A DNA stretch of 64,000 nucleotides from Eledone cirrhosa (GCA_964016885.1 OZ024742.1:96100001-96164000), one strand, 5' to 3'; positions 1 to 15,810 are shown, counted from the stretch's first letter. Made by a program: numbers and translations. The notes: a model not told the origin generated them from the letters alone.

Positions 1-500
1 TTTCTTAATTTACGTTCCAAACATTAGATTAATAATAAGAAAGTCAGTTACATCATTAAAATCCTCCAAATGTTTGATTATTTTTAAAAATTTATTTGAA
101 ATTCTTGATAAAAAAAGGAACTGAACATTTCACAAGAAATATGGTAATGAAACTGCTAAAGTGCAGGTATTTATTTTAAAATCTTCCATCATAGTTTTAT
201 TTAAGAATATTTATGTTCTAAACACCAGCTTAATTGTGATACTATTATAATATTAAAATGCCTTAAAATTTTTGATTATTTTCAAAATGATTTGAAAATT
301 AGAGACATTATCTTTCATTAAAAATATGGTAATGAAAGTGTTAAAGTGTATATATTGATCCAAAAACCTTCCATAGTTATTTTATGTAAGGATATTTATG
401 TTGTAAATACCAGCATAGTAATGTGACAGTTAGTTATATTACTAAATCCCTAGAAATTATAGGCAGTCTTTCAATAGAAATATGTTAAAGGAAGGGTAAA
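1..500. repeat. Degenerate ~185-bp tandem repeat (about 2.7 units), possibly derived from a TTAA/CCC-ended MITE
   Basis: AAATATGGTAATGAAA at ~138 and ~323, degenerate copy at ~478. TATTTATGTT(C/G)TAAA(C/T)ACCAGC at ~208 and ~393. TTAACCCTTT at ~574. Confidence 0.5.
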
Positions 501-634
501 ATATACAGGGCTTTAGGGAAAATAGGAAAAACAAAAATAAGCAAATCTCCTGTAGCAGTTGTACTTACATCTGTTAACCCTTTTCCTGGTATATTTACCA
601 GATCTGCTAGCAGCTATCCATTATTTTGTAGTCC

Positions 635-1021
635 TCATCATCATCATCATCATCACCGTTTTACATCCATTCTTCCATGCTAGCATGGGTTAGATGGGTT
701 GTCCTGTTGTGGGGAATACCAGGTCAGGTGACCTTATCTTGCTCATACGGTAACTGATTTTGGCTTGATTTCTACAGCTGGATGCTCTTCCTAACACCAA
801 CCACATTTACAGTGAGTACTGGGTGCTTTTTTACCGTGGCACCTACACGAGCACTTTTCAGTGTGGGCTGGGTGTTTTTTTTGTCATAACACCTCCATGC
901 CCACGTTGCTGTGGGAGGGGATCGGGGCATATTGTCTATATGCTTCAGCTTCGGCTTGTACCTGTGGGAAGTTGGCTCTTCTGTATTACTGCGTGACGCC
1001 AGAGGTCACAGTCTTGTGTCA
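635..1021 (-). mobile_element. RTE LINE 3' fragment
   Basis: Reverse complement matches the 3' UTR of the RTE at 48901-52340 (GTTGGTGTTAGGAAG..CATCCAGCTGTAGAAA, CATGCTAGCATGGAAGAA) and ends in a (GAT)n tail. Confidence 0.85.
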
Positions 1022-1304
1022 ACACCTAGTATATTTCTAAAACCTTAAATATGTATGGCACATATTTAAAGTAAATTTCTAGATGATGGACCAGTTAGTT
1101 TTATTTTGTTTATGTAACATACATTCAGTATGTCAGTTAACTAATAAATTATTCTCAAGCTGGAGCTCATGTCCCTCTGGTCTGACAAATTTCTTTTAGG
1201 CCTACTGGAACACTAATTCTAAAATGTTCTTCATGCTGTTATATTGAAATCTTTCACACACACACTGTCTTTCACTTTCTCTCCCATTTTTGGCTTCTGT
1301 ATAT

Positions 1305-1345
<41 letters not shown>

Positions 1346-1545
1346 CACGCACATTTCTCATTCTCTATCTTCTCATAATTTCTTTAATCTATCTATTGAT
1401 TTGTATCTCTCTCTCTCTAAACCAATTTGAATATATTGAAGAAGATTCCAATTTAAAATATATGGCCATCATATTAAAGCCATATCCAATGCTATGAGGA
1501 ATTGCATATACTTACTGTCTACATTAGCTTTATTATACAATGAAT

Positions 1546-1990
1546 TCATCATCATCATCTTCAACATCATCATCATTATTTTGTCTATTTTTCTATGCTT
1601 GAATGGATTAGATGAGTCCTCTTCAGTACAGCATCTCTCTACTAGTCTCTTTCCTTCATCATCACCTTTGTGATGTGTAGCCTCTTGAGATCAGCTTTCA
1701 CCACCTCTAACCATATATTCCTTGTTCTTCCTTTTCTTCAGCTTCTTTCAGCTTAGAACCCTTAGCATTTCTTCAGCCAGCGATTATCATTCACACGCAT
1801 TATATGTAACTGCCAATACAATAATTTCTCCCACACACAAAATCTGATTGTGCAGTATTTCTTTCAGTTCATGCATACTTTGTTGTTCATGCACATTAAA
1901 ATTCCACATCTAACAAAGCATGCTTACTTCATTTCCTCCCAGTCTTCTAATTTCATCTGAATCCACTGCCCATTTCTCAGTGTCACACAT
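1546..1990 (-). mobile_element. Old, degraded RTE LINE 3' fragment
   Basis: (CAT)n tail on +. The minus strand gives decayed RTE C-terminal motifs (ETWA.., RLEGNEVSML, VMRVNDNR). Confidence 0.6.
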
Positions 1991-2220
1991 CTCACTCTAA
2001 AGAAGAATACAATAATGGTGATGGGATAAGAAGATTCACTGAATGGTTTAACATATCAGCTTTCTGCTTTACTATTCTGATTTCAATTCCCACTTTATTT
2101 ATAAAGTTCACTTTATTTGTGATGTGTTTCACATAGTTGATGAGATACAAATATGCAACCTGTCTAACCCATGCTAGCATGGAAAAATGAACATTAAACA
2201 ATGACGATGATTATATATAA

Positions 2221-2530
2221 ATAAATATGCTGGGAGACTTTAACCTACCAAAGGTCAAAGGGCTTGAGGGCCACCTCCTCTCTGGAATGACGTCACTCAA
2301 ACAGAAACAGACAGATTCTCTGCTGGCCCTCACACACAGGTTTTTCATGGAACAAGCAGAACTCCTCCCAAAAAGAGGTGAGAATCTCCTGGATCTCTGT
2401 TTACAAACATTGCAGTGCTCATCCGCAATGTAAAGGTGACACCAACAATTTTCTCAGATCATAACTTAGTAGAACTAATGATATGTGGTCTGAGAGAGTC
2501 AGCAGAGATGCAACCATTAAGAAGCACTTA
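2221..2530 (+). mobile_element. Fragment of CR1-group LINE (end of AP endonuclease)
   Basis: LGDFNLPKVK..EGHLL.GMTS, clearly homologous at nucleotide level to ~29955-30260. Confidence 0.85.
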
Positions 2531-2833
2531 ACTTGAAAAGTCATGGCACTGACACTGTTTATGGTGAAACATTCTCTCATTTGAGTTTGTCCAGGTGTTT
2601 TATAGATATAAAGGTGGGTTTGTACGTTTTAATTTACCTTTTTAATTATGTATTTCCCACACTTTCTGTAGATTTATGCTCTTGTCGTTCTCTACCCTTC
2701 ATAATTGAAAACATACCCTTTTTGTGTTTTCTTCTCTTTATATTGTATTATGAAGAGCCCATTACTTTTTCTTTGAGCTCATTAAATTACAGGGGATTAA
2801 CGTGAGTCTTTGACTCCATTTCTTTTTTATTTG

Positions 2834-2865
<32 letters not shown>

Positions 2866-2872
2866 GTATATA

Positions 2873-3247
2873 CAATGACACACGACCGTGACTTCTGGCG
2901 TCACGCAGTAATACAGAGTACCCGACCTCCCATGGGTACAAGCTGAAGCATATAGACAATATGCCCCCCCCCCACCGCAAGGTGGTCGTGGAGGTGCCAC
3001 AGAAAAAAAGCACCCAGCCCACACTGTAAAGTGGACGTGTAGGCGCCACGGAAAAAAAGTACCCAGCACTCACTGTAAATGAGGTTGGTGTTAGGAAGGG
3101 CATCCAGCTGTAGAAATCAAGCCAAATCAGTTCCTGTATGAGCAAGGCATGGTCAGCCGACCAAACACTGCCCACAAAAGGACAACCCGTCTAACCGATG
3201 CTAGCGTGGAAGAACGGACGTAAAACGGTGATGATGATGATGATGAT
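2873..3247 (+). mobile_element. 5'-truncated RTE copy (3' ~375 bp) in (TA)n
   Basis: Nearly identical to 51968-52340, (GAT)n tail, TA repeats on both sides. Confidence 0.92.
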
Positions 3248-3260
3248 ATATATATACACA

Positions 3261-3596
3261 CAGAGGACCTGACTTCCCATGTGAAGAAGCCGAAGCTGAA
3301 GCATAAAGACAATATTCCCCCATCCCCTCCCACTGCAAAATGGTCATGGAAGTGTCACAATAAAAAAAGCACCGAGCCAATGCTGTAAAGTGGTCGTGTA
3401 GGTGCCATGAAAATAGAGCACCCTGCATTCAATATAAATGAGGTTGGTGTTAGGAAGGGCATCTAGCTGTAGAAATCAAGCCAAAATCATTTCCCGTATG
3501 AGCAAGACAAGGTCACCCGACTTGACATTGCCCACAACAGGGCAACCCATCTGACCCATTCTAGCGTGGAAGAATGGACGTAAAACTGATGATGAT
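3261..3596 (+). mobile_element. Second, more diverged RTE 3' fragment
   Basis: Same 3' UTR motifs and GATGATGAT tail. Confidence 0.85.
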
Positions 3597-3611
3597 ATAT
3601 ATGTATATATA

Positions 3612-4820
3612 TATCATCATCATATTCATCATCGTTTAACGTCCCTGTTCCACGCTTGCATGGGTTTGGACAGGGGTTTTTCCACTTGAGGCAAGAGTGG
3701 TTGTCTTGCTCACATAGGACTGTCTGGCGGGTTTTCTACAGCTGGATGCCCTTCCTAACACCAACCACATTTACAGTGTGGGGCTGGGAGGTTTTTACCG
3801 TGTTGCCTACACGGCCACATTACAGCGTGGACTGTCTGGCGTGTTTTCTACAGATGGATGCCCATCCTAACACCAACCACATTTACCGTGTGGGACTGGG
3901 AGGTTTTTACCGTGTTGCCTACACGGCCACATTACAGCGTGGACTGTGTGTTTTTTGTCGTGACACCTACACGATCTCATTTGTTTCGGCCTGGATGTTG
4001 TGGTACCAACATAACTTTGCATTGACGGGGGTGGTGTGGATGGGGTGGGACGGGAGTGTATTTTGTTAGAGATGCCTACTGACTAGTAGGTTTTACTTTG
4101 TATTTAGGTAAGGCGGGTCTTCTCTGTTACTGAGTACCGCCAAAAGTCTCGGTCCAGTGACATTGTCTTGGAGGAGTGTAAGTGTGTGAGGTCGGAATTT
4201 ATCAGCTCGTCCCAGGTTTTCCTGGGTCTGCCTACTCTGTGACTACCATCTATCTTTATTGCCCTGCACTTTGTTATACAGCTGTCGTCTTTCATGCGCA
4301 TCACGTGACCATACCAATGTAGCCTTCTCTCGAGTAAACAACATCTGAACCCTCTTATTTCTAATTTTTTCCTTTGTTCGTTTATGCTTTGTCGTTCACG
4401 TATATTACTATTACACATCCAGCGGAGCATGCAAGCTTCGTTCCTCTCTAGTCTGCGTATATCCTCTGCACACAATGCCCAGGTCTCACTGCCATGCAAC
4501 ATTGCTGTTCGTATGCAGGCATCATACAACCTGCCTTTCATTTTTAGGGAGAACCCTTTAGCGGCTAATAGTGGTATAAGCTCTCTGAACTTTTCCATCC
4601 AGTTCTGACTCTAGCTACTGTACTTTCAGAGCACCCTCCCCCACTGCTGATTTTGTCACCCAGGTAACGGAAGCTGTCCACTATTTCTATAGAACCCTCT
4701 GCGCAATTGAAAGAGTTAGTATTGTGGGCACTTGCTGCTACTTATTGCACCAGAGCACCGGCCACATGTAAAATCTGTGTTCTTAGTTAGCTTACTTGTG
4801 ATCCCAGCGAATTTGTGGTT
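3612..4820 (-). mobile_element. RTE LINE 3' portion, second subfamily, decayed ORF
   Basis: ORF 4104-4598 ([35 protein letters not shown]) and a Zn-finger remnant (FTCGRCS). A 112-bp tandem duplication at 3717-3940 lies in the 3' UTR. (GAT)n tail. Confidence 0.9.
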
Positions 4821-4896
4821 ATTCCTATGTAGGTTATACTTGGAGTAATAATAGTGAAAGAATGAAGAGTAATATATATATATATACATATATACT

Positions 4897-5471
4897 ATGT
4901 CAGGTCACTCTTGAGTACTACTGGTAACATGTAAACGAATTCAACCTGTCACATGGTCGGGTCGTCAGCGACTAAACTGGCAACCCCACCAAGTTTACTC
5001 GGTGAGGAGGGTGATTTTGGACACCCTGCAGGACAAAAAAGAAAACCTGACAAATGGTGGAAGAACTCATAAGAGTCAACGGCCTTCCAAAAATGTGTAA
5101 AGATGTATATACACATGTACATATGTATGTGTATGTACATGAGTGTGTATATGCCTAGGTGTCAGGCAGGGGCATGTACCTCTGTAGGGAGGGCTAGCCA
5201 TGCCCTTTTCAGGTCAGCACGTCATGCATTGGATCCCACCTGACACACAGCTCTCACCTGTGGCCCCAAGATGCTGTAGCATGCGACAGCGGCTAGACCC
5301 CGGTATCCCGCCTTGGCTGGTGGGCCCGAACAAGATTCATGGTATCCGGACGGATCTGAAAACGCCCGGGGAGTTAGATAGGGGGTGCCTGACCCTGCAT
5401 GCGAAGACTGGACCCGGCGGAGTGAATGGAGAAGGACAACATGATCCCAACGGTCCCAAAGGCGGTGACAG

Positions 5472-5474
<3 letters not shown>
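4897..5474 (+). mobile_element. GC-richer non-coding segment, probably an isolated LINE (RTE-type) 5' UTR
   Basis: Bounded by TA repeats on both sides, no credible ORF. It resembles RTE 5' leaders by recall only. Confidence 0.4.
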
Positions 5475-6688
<1,214 letters not shown>

Positions 6689-7385
6689 AACTTTTGAATA
6701 TGTATAATAAAGCCAAAACAATGCAGGTATGGACATAGAAAAAAGAATGCAATTGCAAAAGATATTGTTGACAATTCGGCTTTTACCTTAGATTTATTTA
6801 AATGTCCTTAATTTTCGAGATAATATCTCTTCTTCATGAGGAAATAAAGGTCTCAAACCAGCGTTCTAAATATCTTGCCAAGCCATGCTGACAGAAAATA
6901 GTATAGAGTATCTGTTCTATCTCTAATGTCAAAGAGTTAAAGTTAGGTGGATAAAGAGTAGTCTCCCTTTAAAAGGGGTTTGCTTAGGTTTTTTTTATAT
7001 ACATGCCTGTTTAAGTGTGTGGGAGAATGCATGAAGGTTTAAGTATGTAAGTGTGTGTGTGTGAGTGTGAGAAGATAAGTCTATTCGTAAATGTGGGGGA
7101 TAGGTGTTATCTGGTGTTAGAACTGGTTTTGTGTGTGTATGTGTGAGAGAATAGGTGGAGGTGTAAGCGTGTGTGTGTGTGTGCGTGCGTGTGTGTGTGG
7201 GGGGTGTGTAAATATGGAGCTAGAAGCCCTATCAGGTTATAAATTGGGTGTTGAGTTCTAGTCTATTATTGATTGGTGGTTTCGTTTTATCTATAATTAG
7301 TGCTTCCTTAATTCTAAGATTGCCGAGGTTTCTTTCCTTAGTTTCTATCCTAACTGTTATGGTTTTGTCGGTGTTTTTGCATTTA
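6689..7385 (-). mobile_element. PLE 3' fragment (GIY-YIG C-terminus plus 3' UTR)
   Basis: The minus strand at ~7236-7382 translates as CKNTDKTITVRIETKERNLGNLRIKEALIIDKTKPPINNRLELNTQFIT*, a typical end of a PLE endonuclease. The 3' end abuts (TA)n. Confidence 0.75.
6793..6848 (-). ncRNA. Degenerate hammerhead-like motif
   Basis: TCCT-C(A)TGAAGA-AGAGAT att ATCTC-GAAA-AT-TA-AGGA, with distal TTTATTT/AAATAAA pairing. There is an extra A in the core. Confidence 0.45.
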
Positions 7386-8540
7386 ACTTTATTTTTAATT
7401 TTATTTTTTTACTTCACATCCAGCAGTAACACCCCTCCCCCTACTCTTCGATTCACTTACCTAATAACTTCACATTCCACATGTTACTCCCGCATTTTCT
7501 TTCACTACCTGATTTCAAGGTCACCTGCGTTTTCCACTCCAGATATATTCTGTTATTTCGCAGCAGTTTTTATATTAGTACTCATTTATTCATAAGGCTG
7601 CTTTATACTCTGTATCTATATGTCTGAGTGTTTTTATGTGTGTATACGTTCTGTATATGTATACGAGCGCCTCTGTATGTGTGCGTACGTGCGTGTACAT
7701 ATATGTGTGTGTATATGTGTTTTTATATCTATGTTTTTACATCTGTTTTTTTACATTGTTATTTTTACGTGCGTGCGGAAGCGAGTGAATGTACGTGAAT
7801 GTGTGTGTAACTGTGTACACGCGTATGTATGGGTGTGTATGTGTGTGTGTGTATATTATAGTCGCGTACGTACGTGTGATTAGATATACATGGGGCGATA
7901 TATATATATATATATATCCGTGCCTCGTGTGTATGTACGTACGCATACATGCGCTTTTGTCTGTACGTATTTGTGTTTATAAATATTTTTATGGATATAT
8001 GTTATTTATAGATATGTGTGTATGTACGTGCGTCGCTATGTTTGTTTTCTTTTCTCTAGTGTTAATTGATTACTTTCTCTTTCATTTAAACATTTTTTTC
8101 ATTTTCATATATTGTTTCATTTTTATACATATATCGAGAATGACAATTCTTTTCACTAAGTGACCGCGCGTATGTGTGTGTTTATACGCGTGCTTTCATA
8201 CTCGTATGTGTATTTAATACCTGTATCTAGATGCGTGTCAACTATATCATCATCTTCTTTCAACTCATATTATATCCGTATTTGTGGTCATATATACACA
8301 AATATACTTGCCCTCATATATGTACTTACGCACACATTTTCACCATACCCATGCATTTGTACATACACACATATGTACATTTGTGAGTGTATATACATAT
8401 ATATATACATACCTAACTATATTTCCTTATATTCTTTGTATATTTTTCTATATTTTTTAATATATCTCTTGCATTACTTTTATTTATATATTTTTTGCAT
8501 TTCTTGATGAGACTTTCCAAATATTTCACTATGTTTTATA

Positions 8541-8616
8541 TTACCTTGTCCGACGAACGAATGAGGACGTTTTTTTCGTATTCGTCTTATTCGGGAAACC
8601 TCTGGTAATGAGGTAA
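8541..8616 (+). ncRNA. Type I hammerhead ribozyme motif (U4C variant)
   Basis: Stem I TTACCTTGT/ATGAGGTAA; core CCGACGA; stem II CGAATGAGGACG/CGTCTTATTCG; GAAAC-CTCTG-GTA. It sits ~100 nt before a (TA)n array. Confidence 0.6.
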
Positions 8617-8719
8617 TTATGTTGTATTGTTTATTATACATTAAATTTTGCTCTGGTACTTACATGGAGCCTTCTTCACTCCTATGACTTTTTCAATTTT
8701 CAACGGAAACTTCAATACT

Positions 8720-10178
<1,459 letters not shown>

Positions 10179-11100
10179 ATAATAAAAGAAGCGGACAAAG
10201 GTGGAGCAATCGTCATCATGGACATAAACCACTACAAAGATATGGTTCTAGCACACTTGAATGACGAAAACTTCTACAGGAAAATCACTAAAAACGAAGA
10301 AAGGAAATCGAGGAACCAAATATGCAAACTAACAACAAAGTACCAAAACAACCTAACACCAAAAGAAGTAGATTACCTAACCAACTTCGAAATGAAAACA
10401 AGTAATTTCTATGGATTACCAAAAATTCACAAATCCATAGAAATCCAAAGCAACATAAAAGGGAAAATACATCATACATCGAAGCACCAAAACCGACAGA
10501 CTTAAAATTACGCCCCATTATTGCTGGCCCAGCCTCAAGCACACAACCTCTAAGCAACCTATTAGACATCATACTCAAACCCCTATGTAAAAAAGTTCCA
10601 AGCTACATTAGAGATGATATGGAATTCCTTAACTATATCCCCCAAAAAGTGCACCAGGATACAATCCTAGTCAGTTTTGATGTAATAAGCCTGTACACTA
10701 ACATCCCACACGACCTAGGGATTGAAGCTGTGGACTTCTGGATTACAAAACACTCAAGTCACATTTCAGAAAGATTCCCCAAAGAATTCATCTTGGAAGG
10801 ACTTAAATTAGTATTGGAAAACAACCACTTACTCTTTGACAACGAACTTTATCTACAAATAAAAGGAACAGCCATGGGTACCAAAGTGGCCCCTACATAT
10901 GCAACGCTCGTTATGGGTCACTTAGAGGCAAAATTATATTCCCAACTACAGATAACATTCAGTCACGACTTCGCCTTCTACATTAATAAAAACTGGAAAC
11001 GTTACCTAGATGACTGCTTCATCTTCTGGAACAGAAGCCAAACAAACCTACAAAAATGTTATTCGATCTTAAACAGGCTTCATTAAGCTATACAATTCAC
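10179..11100 (+). pseudogene. PLE reverse transcriptase internal fragment (frameshift and stop)
   Basis: [68 protein letters not shown]. Frameshift near 10460, TAA at 11084-11086. Confidence 0.92.
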
Positions 11101-11349
11101 TTTGTTTCTGGCGTAGGACAGAACAAAGGAGAGGCACAAAAACAAAGAAAAGAATCCCCAGTCACTGAAGAGGTCACAGAATGTGTGACGAAAGAACTTT
11201 GACAATATATAAACAACTATCTGGTTGTGGAACCAACCAACCAACCAGAAATTTATAAATTCCTAAATTTATAAATTTATTAAAATAAATTGAAGTGAAA
11301 GCAACTGGTGCGTGTGTTTCTTATTGGCAACATGACCCTCCCAAAGTAT

Positions 11350-11355
<6 letters not shown>
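11101..11355 (+). mobile_element. PLE 3' end/pLTR, same family as the 14287-18523 copies
   Basis: Reverse complement of ~14345-14600 and ~15925-16170. Ends in (TA)n. Confidence 0.88.
11161..11203 (+). ncRNA. Minimal type I hammerhead ribozyme
   Basis: GTCA-CTGAAGA-G-GTCAC agaatgt GTGAC-GAAA-GAAC-TT-TGAC. Confidence 0.85.
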
Positions 11356-11396
<41 letters not shown>

Positions 11397-12724
11397 TATA
11401 TATGTGTATATATATGTATATGTGTGTATGTGTCTGTATGTGTTTATGTGTATATATATATATATATGTATGTGTGTGTATGCCTCTATATATATATATG
11501 TGTGTGTGTATGTGTGTGTGTGTATGCATGTATGTGTGAACAGATGTATATATACGGACATATGTATATGTGTGTGTGTGTGTGTACACGTGTGTGTGTG
11601 TGTGTGTATGTGTGTGTGTATGTGTATATATGTATATTTAGTTATGTATCTTTATGTGTGTATATATATGTATATGTATGTATATATATATATATATATA
11701 CCCATGTGGAGGTATGAGTACATATTCGTGTGTGTACCTATGTGTATATGTGTTTTTATATGTGTCTTTATATGTTTTTATGTATGTATGTGGATGTATA
11801 TGTACATGGGTGTGTGATTGATGGTGTGTGCCTATATATTCCTACATATGCCCGTGTGTGTATGTACGTATATACGCACATATGTGTGTGTTGAACAAAG
11901 GACTAATTTTGGGATGGACGTAGAAAAATTCTTCAGAAAAAAATAATTGTTTACAAGCTTGGCAGGTGCGGTTTGCCTATGACCATTTTCGATACAAAGG
12001 AATACTAAAAGCTTTTTCCCCTGAATAAAGGAATTTTTCGAGAATGACCGGGGCAGGCCGCGCTTGCTACATTTCTCCCCACCCAACCCTACTCACTGTC
12101 TCAACTCATTACTGCTATTAACATTTTTTCAACACACCTACACCCCTACACTTATTAAAGGGGGAGAAAAACCCCCCCACCGCACCACAAACATGTTAAA
12201 TCCCTATATATAGAACAACACACCACATACACATCAGTTTGACAAGCGCACCTCAGCGTCAAAGGTCTTTCTAAAAACGAAACAATACCTCCTACGTTAA
12301 CCAAGAACTTCTAAGACATAACCAACAACCAACGACTCAATTTATAAAAAAAAAATTTTTTTAAATTTTTTCTAATCCCGAAAAAAATTCATTTTGGATT
12401 TTGTGAAGAAAATAAATTTGTTGAAAGCACAAGTGAAGCCATTTTTTTCTTCCCCCCTGTCTTAATATACATATATATATACATATATATACATATACAT
12501 ATATATATACATATACATATATATATATACATAAAAGAAGTTAATATACTGAAGGATACTAAGTACCCCTGGAAATATATAGCTTGACTATGATTCAAGG
12601 TTGTTCAATGGTATTAATTTGACATACCAGAACTATAATATTAAGATAAGCAGAACAAGCAAAATTCAACCAATTTTTTAAAATAAATTAAAAAATATAA
12701 TTTAAATATTTACCTATCCTTTTC

Positions 12725-12806
12725 GCCCTGACCGATCGGTTTCGCTTTGTAAAACACCAGAAATCCAATGGATTTCTAATGGAAAATCAAAGTTCATCAG
12801 AGAAGC
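12725..12806 (-). ncRNA. Type I hammerhead ribozyme, palindromic stem III
   Basis: TTCT-CTGATGA-ACTTTG..long stem II..CAAAGC-GAAA-CCGATCGG-TC-AGGG. Confidence 0.8.
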
Positions 12807-13264
12807 ATTTTTCTTTCCTAGGGCTAAAGACCCAGGAACGATAAAATATATCGCCATCCGCCAGCTAGCACAGATCTAATGAGGTCGAAAAGTGACCCGT
12901 ACGTGAACCAGTCCGAAGTAAAGGCGGGAAAAAACATAGACGTGCTGTCTATCCCACTACTAAAAATAGCAGCTAAATAGAACAACAGATTTGTTCTCTA
13001 CATAATGGAGAATAATAAAAGAACTTAATATACCCAAGGATACTAAGTACCCCTGGTATACTCCGTTATGTAGAGAACAAATCTGTTGTTCTATTTAGCT
13101 GCTATTTTTAGTAGTGGGATAGACAGCAAGTCTATGTTTTTTCCGGCTTTTACTTCGGACTGGTTCACGTACGGGTCACCTTTCGACCTCATTAGATCTG
13201 TGCTTGCTGGCGGATGGCGATATATTTTATCGTTCCTGGGTCTTTAGCCCTAGGAAAGAAAAAT

Positions 13265-13346
13265 GCTTCTCTAATGAACTTTGATTTTCCATTAGAAATC
13301 CATTGGATTTCTGGTGTTTTACAAAGCGAAACCGATCGGTCAGGGC
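13265..13346 (+). ncRNA. Hammerhead copy with G5A core mutation (predicted inactive)
   Basis: Same motif as 12725-12806, but the core reads CTAATGA. Confidence 0.7.
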
Positions 13347-13432
13347 GAAAAGGATAAGTAAATATTTAAATTGTTTTTTTAATTTATTTTAAAAAATTGG
13401 TTGAATTTTGCTTGTTCTGCTTATCTTAATAT

Positions 13433-14286
13433 ATCTATACATATATATACATATATATATATACATATATATACATATATATATATACATATATATAAAT
13501 ATATATACATATATATATATACATATATATAAATATATATATACATATATATATATACATATATAAATATACATATATATAAATATATATATACATATAT
13601 ATATATACATATATATACATATATATATACATATATATATATACATATATATACATATATATACATATATATACATATATATATACATATATATATAGAT
13701 ACATATACATATATATATACATATGTATATATACATATATATACACATATATATATATATACATATATATACTATATATATATATATACATATATATACT
13801 ATATATATATACATATATATATATACATATATATATATACATATATATATATTTATATATATATATACATATATATATACATATACATATACATATATAT
13901 ATATATACATATATATATACATACATATATATATACATATATATATATATACATATATATATACATATATATATACATATATATATACATATATATATAT
14001 ACATATATATACATATATATATATACATATATATACATATATACATATACATATATATACATATATATATAAATATATATATATACATATATATTTACAT
14101 ATATATGTAAACATATATATAAATATATATATATACATATATATATACATATATATGTAAATATATATATAAATATATATATATACATATATATATACAT
14201 ATATATGTAAATATATATATAAATATATATATATACATATATATATACATATATATGTAAATATATATATAAATATATATATATAT
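13433..14286. repeat. Interrupted (TA)n array
   Basis: Direct reading. Confidence 0.98.
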
Positions 14287-15372
14287 TTCGTTTCTGAATT
14301 TGTTTAGCAAGATTCTTTATCTGAAATCGTGTGTTGAAACCGATATTGTTATACTTTGGGAGGGTCATGTTGCCAATAAGAAACACACGCACCAGTTGCT
14401 TTCACTTCAATTTAATTTATTATATATTTATAAATTTACAAATTTATAAATTTCTGGTTGGTTGGTTGGTTCCACAACCAGATAGTTGTTTATATATATA
14501 TAGTCATAGTTCTTTCGTCACACACTCGGTGACCTCTTCAGTGACTGGGGATTTCTTTCTTCGTTTCTGTGCCTTTCCTTTCTTCTATCCTACGCCATTT
14601 TGTTTGTGTGTAGGTTGCGTGCTCAGTTTGCGCATGCGCCACATCCGGGTGTCTGTGTGTGTTTGTGTTCATTTTTCTATTTTTTTATTTATATTTTTCT
14701 ATTTGTTTGTTTATTTATTTACTTATTGTTGGTTGGTTGTTTGTTCTATGTGTGTGTGTGTTTTCATTTTGTCTTGTGTGTGTTTTCATTTTGTGTGTGT
14801 TTTCAATTGTAAGTTGTTTGTTCTATGTGTGTGTGTGTTTTCATTTTGTCCTTAATTGTAAGTTGTGATGTTGCTGTTCAACTCATATTTTCTATTTAAT
14901 TTTGGTTTTAATTCTTTTATGCTTACTGCCTCTGTAATTTGCCTAAACATTGCGTCTTTCTTGTGTGTGGATTCTATTTTTATTTCTATGCTCTCTAATT
15001 TACCCCTGTGTTCTATCTTAGCATGTTGGTAGGGCACAGATGATTCTTTATTATCTTGGAGGTCTCGCCAGTGTTCATTTATTCGTTCCCCTATACTACG
15101 AGCTGTCTCACCTATGTACACTATATTTTTGTTTCTACATTGTCCTTCAGTACATCTTATGCTATACACTACATTTCTAGTTTTACAGTTAATATGGGGG
15201 CTTATTTTACAGGTTATACATTTCTTATCTATACATGAGGGTCTTTGGAACGGGTATGTCTTGCTAATAAGTGTTTTTACGGAGGTACCAGGTCTTTCTA
15301 CTATCTTAATATTGAGATTATGTTTCTTTAGGGCCCTTCTAAATTTGTAGGCTAGTTCGCCTCTAGGGGTTG
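14287..15372 (-). mobile_element. 5'-truncated PLE copy with open GIY-YIG endonuclease domain
   Basis: Frame 14852-15372 reads [60 protein letters not shown] in the 3' UTR, TA flanks. Confidence 0.92.
14502..14546 (-). ncRNA. Minimal type I hammerhead ribozyme
   Basis: AGTCA-CTGAAGA-G-GTCAC cgagtgt GTGAC-GAAA-GAAC-TA-TGACT. Confidence 0.87.
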
Positions 15373-15621
15373 TATATATATACAAATATATATACATATA
15401 TATATAAATATATATATAAATATATATATATACATATACAGATACATATATACATATATATATAAATATATATATAAATATATATATATACATATATATA
15501 TAAATATATATATAAATATATATATATACATATATATATACATACATATATACATACATATACATATATATATAAATATATATATATACATATATATATA
15601 TATACATACATATGTATATAC

Positions 15622-15654
<33 letters not shown>

Positions 15655-15677
15655 CATATATATATAGATATACATAC

Positions 15678-15710
<33 letters not shown>

Positions 15711-15768
15711 CATATATTTATATACATATATATATACATATACATATATATATATACATATATATATA

Positions 15769-15810
<42 letters not shown>

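Larger units (their letters stand above)
12531..13432. mobile_element. Non-coding HHR element: 484-bp unit with 42-bp terminal redundancy, followed by an inverted copy
   Basis: Direct repeats at 12531-12572 and 13015-13056. 13061-13432 is the reverse complement of 12638-13010. (TA)n on both flanks. Confidence 0.85.

Noticed and set aside
12876-12900. CTAATGAGGTCGAAA as a second hammerhead
   Set aside because: G5 is missing in both arms, and stems I and III cannot be formed consistently.
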